64,000 bases of DNA from Bacteroidota bacterium (GTDB taxonomy: Bacteria > Bacteroidota > Ignavibacteria > Kryptoniales > JAKASW01), in the NCBI GenBank assembly GCA_021812985.1, contig JAKAMG010000008.1, forward strand, positions 9,681 through 73,680, written 5' to 3'. The number at the start of each line of letters is the position of its first letter. Positions within the stretch are counted from its first letter, which is position 1. Shown piece by piece: positions 18,691 to 25,635 of this stretch. The translations under genes and the position numbers were made by a program. The notes beneath the pieces were generated by a model. The model saw only the letters and a program-made list of their open reading frames with translations. It did not search any database and was not told the origin of the DNA.

Positions 18691-19968
18691 ATGGATATGC
18701 GGAACCAGATACCAAGAACCGTCGTAGTTGGATCGGCGGTCGTCATCATCACCCTCCTCGTGATTTATCTTTTCACAAGTCTCCCAAAAGGCGGCGGGAC
18801 AACCGCACAACAGGCATCCTTCACGGGCGTCGACAAATGTGCGACCTGCCATCAGAGAGTAACTCCGGACATCGTCTTTCAGTACGCATCAAGCACGATG
18901 GCAAAATCAGGTGTCAAGTGCGAAGACTGCCACGTCGTAGGAAAGGGGAACCCGATGGGACACGACCACGAAGGATTCTTCATAACTTCCACTCCGACAC
19001 CGAAGCAATGCGCGAGATGCCACGTGAGGGAGACGAGCGAGTTCGAGCACAGCCGCCACGCAGGTCCCGCCTGGATGGCGCTCACCGGCTTCGACGATTT
19101 TTCGCCCGCTCAGAAGGAGCTTACTAAAAGTATAGCAGAACTCACCAGAGGACCAAACGGAATTCCAACAGCCACACGGAACGCCATCTTCGACATGGAG
19201 GGTCCGAACGTCACGCCGGCCGCTTGCCAGAGCTGTCACGCGATCGGCAAACCGAACAAAGACGGGAGCATTGGCAACTGCAATAAGTGTCATCTCCGCC
19301 ATGAGTTTTCACTGGCTCAGGTCCGCAAGCCTGAAGTATGCGGCCAGTGCCACCTCGGACCAGATCATCCCCAGGACGAGATATACAAGGAATCGGCGCA
19401 CGGCGTGATGTATGCGACAGAGGGGGATAAATGGAACTGGGGCCAGAAGCCCGGCCGCCTGACGACGCGCGACCTCCCCGCCCCGACATGCGCCACCTGC
19501 CACATGAGCGGGTTCGGCGGACAGGGGACAACTCACGAAGTCGGAACCCGGCTCAGCAAATTCCTCTTCGCCGCCGTCTCTTCCGAGCGGCCCAACGGCC
19601 CTCAGAACCGGCTTGCCATGCAGGGAGTCTGCATGAATTGTCACTCTCAGCCGTTCATCAAGGGAGTCTATGAGCGCGCGGACAGCGTCACCTCTTTCGT
19701 AAACGCCAGGGTTGAGGAAGCAACCAACATCATCAACGGCCTGATAAAGGACAACATCATAACTTCCAGGCCGTTCGCGACCCAGATCAGCTTCGACGCC
19801 TTCGACCTGTGGCACTACTATGGGAGAACGGCCAAGTTCGCGGCATACATGGGCGGGCCGGACTATGTACAGTGGCACGGCGTCTATCCTCTCCTAAAGC
19901 AGCTGAACAAGGTCAAGGAAGACGCGGCAACGCTGCGGGCGGAACACCGGAGGGGTACACGGCCATGA
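18691..19968 (+). CDS. Membrane-anchored octaheme c-type cytochrome, hydroxylamine-oxidoreductase (HAO) family-like
   Basis: 425 aa with an N-terminal TM helix. There are exactly eight CxxCH motifs: CATCH, CEDCH, CARCH, CQSCH, CNKCH, CGQCH, CATCH, CMNCH. CGQCHLGPDHPQDEIYKESAHG resembles the HAO/epsilon-Hao family motif as I recall it. Confidence 0.8.
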   Translation: MDMRNQIPRTVVVGSAVVIITLLVIYLFTSLPKGGGTTAQQASFTGVDKCATCHQRVTPDIVFQYASSTMAKSGVKCEDCHVVGKGNPMGHDHEGFFITSTPTPKQCARCHVRETSEFEHSRHAGPAWMALTGFDDFSPAQKELTKSIAELTRGPNGIPTATRNAIFDMEGPNVTPAACQSCHAIGKPNKDGSIGNCNKCHLRHEFSLAQVRKPEVCGQCHLGPDHPQDEIYKESAHGVMYATEGDKWNWGQKPGRLTTRDLPAPTCATCHMSGFGGQGTTHEVGTRLSKFLFAAVSSERPNGPQNRLAMQGVCMNCHSQPFIKGVYERADSVTSFVNARVEEATNIINGLIKDNIITSRPFATQISFDAFDLWHYYGRTAKFAAYMGGPDYVQWHGVYPLLKQLNKVKEDAATLRAEHRRGTRP

Positions 19969-20852
19969 ACGACATATCTGTATTTCATCTCGCACGGATA
20001 AAACTTCCCATCGAGAAGAATCGCCTGCTCCTCCTTCTTGTCGGAGTCAATTTCATTTTCACCGGCCTGGATGTCGCCCTTGCCCATGCCGTGAACGACT
20101 ACGTCCCAGCATACGAATGGATTCCCATTTTCTTCGCGCCTCTCGCCGCGGCCACCAGCATGATCGTCGCCCTAAAGTCCAAACCGGACAGGGGGCTGAT
20201 GCTGGTCCATATTGCAGTCATGATACTCGGCGTCTTCGTGGGGGTATTGGGGACCGCCTTCCACGCCAACCAGGCACTCAACCCACTAGGCCAGTTGACA
20301 TGGATCTGGGTCACTTTCGCCTCGCCGATACTGGCCCCACTCGCTTTCGCCGGCATATCACTCGTAGGGCTCTACGGAGTTATAGAGGAAGTGGACGGCC
20401 AGCCGGGTTTGCTCAACGTCCCCGGAATCGGCACATTCAAGGCGCCAATCTCACGCGACAGACATTTCCTCTGGCTTGTCGGTCTCGGTTTCGCGGCAAG
20501 CGCCCTCACTTCGATCATCGATCACGGTCAATACGGCTACACCCTTTACAAACTGATCCCGATAGTTTTCGGACTATTCGCGACGAGCGTTGTACTTACC
20601 CTCGCTGTCAGCAAAGAGTGGACGGACGCGGATGAGCTCACATATTTCTGGACGATGATCGGCGCGATCATCGTAGGAGTCCTCGGCTTTGCCTTCCATT
20701 TATCCGGCGATCTCGCTGACACAGGGCAGTTCAGCCTTGAAAGGATACTCGTGTTCGCCCCGGTCCTCGCGCCACTGCTCTACTGTGACCTCGGGATACT
20801 CGGATTGATAGTTGTGGGGGGAGGGACAAACACGGCGGCGGACGCAAGTTAG
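19965..20852 (+). CDS. Internally duplicated 8-TM membrane protein, candidate redox partner of the octaheme cytochrome
   Basis: The ATG at 19965 overlaps the cytochrome TGA (ATGA) and is in frame with track ORF 19809..20852. The two halves align to each other: ALAHA/IIDHG, GTAFHAN/GFAFHLS, ASPILAPLAFAGISLVGL/FAPVLAPLLYCDLGILGL. No known family recognised. Confidence 0.6.
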   Translation: MNDISVFHLARIKLPIEKNRLLLLLVGVNFIFTGLDVALAHAVNDYVPAYEWIPIFFAPLAAATSMIVALKSKPDRGLMLVHIAVMILGVFVGVLGTAFHANQALNPLGQLTWIWVTFASPILAPLAFAGISLVGLYGVIEEVDGQPGLLNVPGIGTFKAPISRDRHFLWLVGLGFAASALTSIIDHGQYGYTLYKLIPIVFGLFATSVVLTLAVSKEWTDADELTYFWTMIGAIIVGVLGFAFHLSGDLADTGQFSLERILVFAPVLAPLLYCDLGILGLIVVGGGTNTAADAS

Positions 20853-21067
20853 GAAGGGACTTTCGCCAGAATTCGGACAGCAGCTGCCGTATGGGCGCTA
20901 AGGCGAGTCGTCCTTAGCCTGGAACAGCGATAAACACGGGACAACCACAGCGTGTTTAAATTCCCGCGGGCTTGGTTCAATATGCTAGCGGTGTACCCGA
21001 TAATCGTTCAAAAAACCTATCAGGGTACATATCTTTGGACGAATCGCAGATAAGAGGTTCCCTCTTC

Positions 21068-21178
21068 GTCAGGCTGGAAAAGGACAGCGCGAGGAACGGC
21101 GGTGTATTCACGAGGAAAGAGCTTGAGACCGGTTCCTCCTTCGGCGGGGAGACGATTGCACTCGTGGGTCCGACGGGC
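21068..21178 (+). pseudogene. Possible remnant of an ABC-transporter ATPase gene (ends within Walker A)
   Basis: The translation ...VFTRKELETGSSFGGETIALVGPTG resembles the segment leading into Walker A of ABC exporters (SF..GE.IALVGPSGSGKST). The ORF then diverges and stops, and no upstream TMD coding is present. Confidence 0.25.
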
Positions 21179-21258
21179 ATTGTTTTCATTATTCATATAA
21201 TGGCCTGAGAAAAAATAGCGTGTGAAGAATTTTGGCGTGGAGCGTTAAGTCCCGCCTT

Positions 21259-21285
21259 GCGGGATGCCGCATCATATCATATTCC
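21259..21285. repeat. Repeat unit D1 (GCGGGATGCCGCA...ATATCAT)
   Basis: Shares GCGGGATGCCGCA and the ATATCAT tail with 21460-21497. Embedded in the hairpin CCGCATCATA/TATGATGTCGG. Confidence 0.5.
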
Positions 21286-21459
21286 TATGATGTCGGAGCG
21301 GCAAAACGAATTTTCGATTCCTGCGATGGTGGAGAAAGCAACGGGCATTATTCGTTTTAGCCCCGCAGAATGCGGGGTAAACTCCGCGGAGAGATTTCCC
21401 GTCATTTTTTCTCGAGCCTTGATCTTTTCTCCCGCTCATCAATATCAAAAACGGATAAT

Positions 21460-21497
21460 GCGGGATGCCGCAAAGCGGCATCCCGTATATCATTTTC
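21460..21497. repeat. Repeat unit D2, containing a perfect 10-bp hairpin
   Basis: GGGATGCCGC-AAA-GCGGCATCCC (21462-21484), then TATATCATTTTC. Related to D1. Confidence 0.5.
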
Positions 21498-21679
21498 AAA
21501 CATTAATGTGCGGGAAAAAAGTCAAGCCTGCCTGCCGGCAGGCATTTTCCCAAGGTCGCTGCATGGATTTTGCGAGACTCCGGAAATCGCCTCTCCAGGA
21601 GTTGAGAAAGAGGATGTGGATGGGGGACGTGACTCCATTTTCGCAATGGGAATCAACGGGAACCTTAGCCTTCATGAAC

Positions 21680-21752
21680 TAACCCGTCATCGCGAGGAGT
21701 CAGCCCGTAGATAATTTGGGCGGACGACGTGGCGATCCCCAACATGAAACCT
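21680..21752 (+). repeat. Palindromic repeat unit A1 (73 nt)
   Basis: TAACCCGTCATCGCGAGGAGTCAGCCCGTAGATAATTTGGGCGGACGACGTGGCGATCCCCAACATGAAACCT. Differs at only about 6 of 73 positions from the 21981-22053 copy. Confidence 0.85.
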
Positions 21753-21788
21753 ACTCACCTCCGGGCGCCGTTAGTCGCGACCTGCCAA

Positions 21789-21847
21789 TTAACCCGTCAT
21801 CGTGAGGCCCGCTTTAGCGGGCCGTGACGAACCCCTTAATGAAACCT
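21789..21847 (+). repeat. Palindromic repeat unit A2 (variant with a different internal hairpin)
   Basis: TTAACCCGTCATCGTGAGG-[CCCGCTTTAGCGGG]-CCGTGACGAACCCCTTAATGAAACCT. Same head and tail as A1/A3, with a different central stem-loop. Confidence 0.8.
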
Positions 21848-21885
21848 CCACCTGCACAGGCCCAGGGGCTTAGGACTGTAAGGAA

Positions 21886-21934
21886 GGGGATTGCCGCTCC
21901 GCCATTACATGACATTGGCGGATCGCAATGACGG
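21886..21934 (-). repeat. Palindromic repeat unit B1 (same family, inverted orientation)
   Basis: GGGGATTGCCGCTCCGCCATTACATGACATTGGCGGATCGCAATGACGG. Its reverse complement has the A-type head CCGTCATTGCGA and tail GGCAATCCCC. Confidence 0.8.
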
Positions 21935-21980
21935 TTTGTTTTAGGTTTCTGCTCAGGGCTGCTCTGGAGCCATTTCAAAT

Positions 21981-22053
21981 TAACCCGTCATCGCGAGGAG
22001 TCAGCCCGTACATAATATGGGCGGACGACGTGGCGATCCCAGTAATGAAACCT
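21981..22053 (+). repeat. Palindromic repeat unit A3 (73 nt)
   Basis: Near-identical to A1. Preceded by ATTTCAAAT, as A4 is preceded by ATTTCAATT. Confidence 0.85.
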
Positions 22054-22091
22054 GCACCTATGCAAGCCCAAGGGCTTAAGACTATGATGAT

Positions 22092-22135
22092 GGGGATTGC
22101 CGCGTGGCGCCTGCGGCGCCACTCGCAATGACAGG
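22092..22135 (-). repeat. Palindromic repeat unit B2
   Basis: GGGGATTGCCG-[CGTGGCGCCTGCGGCGCCACT]-CGCAATGACAGG. B-type ends with a different GC-rich internal hairpin. Confidence 0.75.
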
Positions 22136-22144
22136 GGTAGTGAG

Positions 22145-22195
22145 GGGGATTGCCGTATCCGCCATTGCATGACATTGGCGGATCGCAATGACGGG
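22145..22195 (-). repeat. Palindromic repeat unit B3
   Basis: GGGGATTGCCGTATCCGCCATTGCATGACATTGGCGGATCGCAATGACGGG. Close copy of B1. Confidence 0.8.
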
Positions 22196-22373
22196 TACAG
22201 TGGCAGGAAATGCCCGGGTGTTCAACTCGCACTATGCGCCGCGTCAAGGGAAGATACCGTGGGCTGGAAGAGAGTGACGGGATCGTTATATTAAAGCTCT
22301 GAAAACTAGAACACTACACACATTTCATATACCGGTCCTGGGGCTGGCTTATTCCGTCGACACGCCGCTGAAA

Positions 22374-24131
22374 GTGGCGCGGTACGGCATCTCGTCCGTG
22401 ATATCCATCGTTGACGACGTGCTGATCGAACGCGTGCGGAAACACCACGCCCAGCTGAACGGCGAACCTTTCGCACCGATCTCCGTGCGCGAACACGATT
22501 ACCGCGCGAAGCGGATCACCGCATACCTCAACCTCGTCGGCCTCCTCGTCGACCGGCAAATCGCCAGACTCAAATCGTCGCTCTTCGAAAAGGGAAGCGA
22601 GATAGCAAGGTACTTCGAAATGCTTCCGGACTCGTCTCCCGTGAAGGAACTCTATACCCGCATGCTGCAGACTGCCGATGCCGTGAAGAGGTCGTCGATG
22701 GAGGACGAACTGCGGTCGCACGTAATCGCCGGCGATATCGACGTGAACGTGATGACGAAGGTGGACAAGTCAAACACCGGAAAAGACAAGAAGCCGCTCC
22801 CAGCCGAGTTTTCCGACGCGGTCGCGGCGATGCGCGGGTTTGTCGACAGCGAACTGAATTCTTCGGTCGTGCTGTCTGCCGGTCTGAACATGCGCCTCTT
22901 CGGCTACATGGAGAAGTCGGCCGGATTTCTGCCTGGTCCCGACGGGAGACTGAAGAAGAAAGTTATACTGAAGGTTAGCGACTTCCGCTCGGCGTCGATA
23001 CAGGCGAAGATGCTCGCGAAGAAGGGGATCTGGTGCTCGGAATTCCGCGTCGAGTCGGGATTGAACTGCGGCGGCCACGCGTTCGCGACCGACGGCTACC
23101 TGCTCGGCCCGATACTGGAGGAATTCAAAGAAAAGCGGGAGTCTCTCCGCGACGAGCTTTCTGCCCTTTACTCGGCGGCGCTGAAGGATAAAGGAATAGA
23201 GGTTAACGCAGGGCCGATGGAATTTCTCGTCACCGTCCAGGGCGGGATCGGCACGGCGGCGGAGGACGCGTTCCTCCGTGAACGCTACGGCGTCGACGGC
23301 ACAGGCTGGGGCTCGCCGTTCTTACTTGTTCCCGAGGTGACGAATGTGGACGACGAGACCCGACACCTGCTCGCGTCGTCGGGGAGGGAATCGTTTTATA
23401 TCAGTGACGCGTCGCCGCTTGGGATCTCGCTCAACAATCTCAGGAATTCCTCGAGCGAGAGACAGATCCGCGAACGGGCGGAGGCCGGCAAACCGGGTTC
23501 GCCATGCACGAAGAAGTATCTCGTCTCGAATACGGAATTCACAAAGGAGCCGATCTGCACCGCGTCTAACGAGTACCAGACTTTGAAGATAGCGGAGCTG
23601 AAGTCTCTCGGACTGCCGCCGGCCGAACTCGAAGAAAGGATCGGACGGGTGCTGGAGAAGGAATGCCTTTGTGAAGGGCTGTCGGCGACGGCGCCGTCAC
23701 GCGGGAAATCGAAGGAGCGCGCGGTGGCCGCGTGCCCGGGTCCGAACCTCGCTTACTTCTCGAGGATAGCTTCGCTGGAGGACATGGTCGGACACATCTA
23801 CGGCCGTTTGGATATTCTCGGCGCCGGTCATCGTCCCAACATGTTCATTCAGGAATTGGGTCTTTATGTGGAATACCTGAAGAAGGAGGTCCGCAAGCGG
23901 ATGGACTCGATGACCGCGAAGGACCGGAAGTATCTTGACGATTTTGCGGCGAACCTGAAGGAAGGTATCGCTTATTACAGGTCGCTGATTCCGCAGCTTG
24001 TAAATGAAACCGAGCGTTACAGGGATGAGATGCTCGGGGAGCTGATGGAATTCATGGAGGAGTTGTCGAGGATTATCGTTCCGGTCGAGGCGGACGTGCC
24101 AGTGCCGGCGGCCGGTGCGAACGGGCGATAG
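22374..24131 (+). CDS. Divergent NMO/FabK/PfaD-like FMN-dependent TIM-barrel oxidoreductase family protein (tentative), start codon uncertain
   Basis: 585 aa from GTG 22374. ESGLNCGGHAF parallels the E(A)GGH motif of nitronate monooxygenase/PfaD-type enoyl reductases. VQGGIGTAAEDAFLRERYGVDGTGWGSPFLLVPE parallels their GGI..G......GADG...G..FL...E motif. The frame is open back to 22278 and encodes FHIPVLGLAYSVDTPLKV, which looks like the family N-terminus, but there is no ATG/GTG/TTG there. Confidence 0.55.
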   Translation: MARYGISSVISIVDDVLIERVRKHHAQLNGEPFAPISVREHDYRAKRITAYLNLVGLLVDRQIARLKSSLFEKGSEIARYFEMLPDSSPVKELYTRMLQTADAVKRSSMEDELRSHVIAGDIDVNVMTKVDKSNTGKDKKPLPAEFSDAVAAMRGFVDSELNSSVVLSAGLNMRLFGYMEKSAGFLPGPDGRLKKKVILKVSDFRSASIQAKMLAKKGIWCSEFRVESGLNCGGHAFATDGYLLGPILEEFKEKRESLRDELSALYSAALKDKGIEVNAGPMEFLVTVQGGIGTAAEDAFLRERYGVDGTGWGSPFLLVPEVTNVDDETRHLLASSGRESFYISDASPLGISLNNLRNSSSERQIRERAEAGKPGSPCTKKYLVSNTEFTKEPICTASNEYQTLKIAELKSLGLPPAELEERIGRVLEKECLCEGLSATAPSRGKSKERAVAACPGPNLAYFSRIASLEDMVGHIYGRLDILGAGHRPNMFIQELGLYVEYLKKEVRKRMDSMTAKDRKYLDDFAANLKEGIAYYRSLIPQLVNETERYRDEMLGELMEFMEELSRIIVPVEADVPVPAAGANGR

Positions 24132-24150
24132 CGGAACCGCTATTTCAATT

Positions 24151-24207
24151 TAACATGTCATCGCTAAGCTCGTGTCCGCGGGCCGAGGCGATCCCAAACA
24201 TGAAACC
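24151..24207 (+). repeat. Palindromic repeat unit A4 (variant), 20 nt downstream of the oxidoreductase stop
   Basis: TAACATGTCATCGCTAAG-[CTCGTGTCCGCGGGCCGAG]-GCGATCCCAAACATGAAACC. Same head/tail architecture and orientation as A1-A3. Confidence 0.75.
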
Positions 24208-24279
24208 GGCGCCACCGGAAGCGTCTCGACCTGCTCCGTGGCCTTCCGAGGGTGGCTCCGCATTGGCTGGTGCACCTCT

Positions 24280-24675
24280 CTAAGGTCGCTGCCGGAGTCC
24301 CCGCTTCACCTCATACGTATGAACCTCATGTATCTCGACAGACCACCCAAACGCTTCGCCCTCCGGTAGGCTCAACGCCGGATGCATCTTAGCTGCCTCG
24401 ATTGCCTCTTCCATATTTTGCGCTTCAATTATGAAGACGTTGCCTATTTCTCTCATCATGCCGGGCCCCGCATTCCCATCCGCTCTTTCAATCCTCCCTT
24501 TTAGGCGACCGAGCGCCACGCCCCCGGACTTCACACCTATGTCCATCAGGAAATTCGAGGAACCGTAGAGGCCTTTCAGATGCGGCTCGCATTTCCTCAT
24601 CAATTCGTCCAGCTCATTTCTCGAAAGTGCATCGATCTTCTTCCGATCAAACAATCCGAAGCAGAGGTATTTCAT
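24280..24675 (-). CDS. YCII-related (DGPF-like) small protein
   Basis: The start is taken at MKYLCFGLFD (ATG 24675, GGAGA upstream) rather than the track's 24813, whose extension is Arg/Pro/Ser/Thr-rich and not protein-like. The N-terminus MKYLCFG... and size (131 aa) fit YCII-like proteins. Confidence 0.55.
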   Translation of the reverse strand: MKYLCFGLFDRKKIDALSRNELDELMRKCEPHLKGLYGSSNFLMDIGVKSGGVALGRLKGRIERADGNAGPGMMREIGNVFIIEAQNMEEAIEAAKMHPALSLPEGEAFGWSVEIHEVHTYEVKRGLRQRP

Positions 24676-25399
24676 AACGAGGTTCTCCGTTTTAGCAGCG
24701 GTACTATGAGGTGAAAGTAAGGCGGTACCTGTGTGACGTTTACGCACTCGCCTGGACGTGCCGCTTCCCGGCAAGGTCGTCGGCCACGACCCACGCCGTT
24801 CCGGCCGTGGCAAGAGTCAGGATGCCGAACGAGATGCCACCAGGCCCGAAAACGTGATGGCCCGGTCGGCCATGCATGATGGAAACCTAACAGCGGCCTT
24901 CTGCTGAAGAGTTCCCCTCGCGGCCCATTCTGCCCGGTGGTGGTACTGCCGAGGAGAAGACCTGCAATGACTTTAGGACTACGGATTCAGCTTTCGCGAC
25001 ACTGCCGTCTGGCTCCACCGGCTTATATAGGAAACGGGAGGGCAACCGTGAATCCTGGACGGTGGTTGGCACGAGTCTGAGATAGGGGTAATGGTCGAAT
25101 TTGAATCCCCGGCTTGGCCGGGAGGAGTCAGAATCCAGTAATGCCTCGAAGTCCGCGCTTTTTTGGGGACTAGACGCGGGGTGCAGCCAAAATGAGCGTC
25201 CAAGCGGCCTTGGATCGGCCAAATTAGCACGAATTCGTCGAAAGGTCTATGAGCGGGAAATTTCAAGCTCTTCAGACAAATTATTCCCGATATTTGTCAA
25301 ACGTCCTCCGTTCACGTTGACTTTCTTGGCCCCACAGGCTAAATTGGTCAGTCCTAAAGGATCCTCCGGACGATTCTGCCGAGCCTTTGGCGAGACAAT

Positions 25400-25485
25400 G
25401 CCGGGGTGGCGGAATTGGTAGACGCGAAGGACTTAAAATCCTTTGGCCCCAAAGGGCCGTGCGGGTTCAAGTCCCGCCCTCGGCA
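25400..25485 (+). tRNA. tRNA-Leu (anticodon UAA)
   Basis: The cloverleaf was read by hand. Acceptor GCCGGGG/CCTCGGC (one G-U pair), anticodon stem AAGGA/TCCTT with loop CTTAAAA, long variable arm GGCCC-CAAA-GGGCC, T arm GCGGG-TTCAAGT-CCCGC, discriminator A. CCA is not encoded. Confidence 0.9.
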
Positions 25486-25560
25486 CTCTGAAGGCGTCCG
25501 CCCATGGCGGGAAGCCGTGGGTTTGAGAGAGTTGGTCATTTACATTTTGATTTCTATCTG

Positions 25561-25635
25561 GGGCGATTAGCTCAGTTGGTTTAGAGCGCTACATTGACAT
25601 TGTAGAGGTCAGAGGTTCGAATCCTCTATCGCCCA
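25561..25635 (+). tRNA. tRNA-Val (anticodon GAC)
   Basis: Acceptor GGGCGAT/ATCGCCC, D arm GCTC-AGTTGGTTT-AGAGC, anticodon stem CTACA/TGTAG with loop TTGACAT, T arm AGAGG-TTCGAAT-CCTCT. Confidence 0.9.

Noticed and set aside
21680-22195. CRISPR array hypothesis for the clustered repeats
   Set aside because: The units are 44-73 nt and occur in both orientations. They are irregularly spaced, internally variable and strongly palindromic, rather than constant direct repeats separated by unique spacers. No cas genes or leader are in the window.
22190-22215. Cobalamin-riboswitch B12 box (GCCACTG on the minus strand at about 22197-22203)
   Set aside because: It is an isolated 7-mer overlapping repeat unit B3. 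None of the other conserved cobalamin riboswitch elements is present, and no cobalamin-related gene lies downstream.
21680-24207. Integron gene-cassette or attC interpretation of the A-type repeats bracketing the oxidoreductase gene
   Set aside because: No intI integrase or attI is nearby. The unit ends do not form the complementary RYYYAAC...GTTRRRY core pair. Only the A4 copy fortuitously reads ATTTAAC. The palindromic core is ATCGC/GCGAT with different flanks.
24676-24813. N-terminal 46-codon extension of the YCII-like ORF given in the ORF track (start 24813)
   Set aside because: The extension (MPRPERRGSWPTTLPGSGTSRRVRKRHTGT...) is compositionally unlike a protein domain. The YCII-type N-terminus MKYLCFG with an upstream GGAGA is a far better start.
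24700-25400. RNase P RNA, tmRNA or SRP RNA next to the tRNA genes
   Set aside because: Only fragments resemble conserved cores (CGAAGTCCGCGC versus GGAAAGUCCGGGC, CCACCGGCTTAT versus ACAGAACCCGGCUUA, GGGGTAATGGTCGAAT versus the tmRNA 5' end). The universally conserved GGAAAGUCC is absent. There is no tag-ORF, no T-arm/CCA-type 3' end and no GGAAGCAGC SRP motif. Spacing between the fragments is wrong.
20853-25635. tRNA-adjacent genomic island or integrative element
   Set aside because: No integrase, excisionase, direct repeat of the tRNA 3' end, or mobility genes are present. The tRNAs read away from the island. The content is repeats plus two ordinary-looking small or medium genes.
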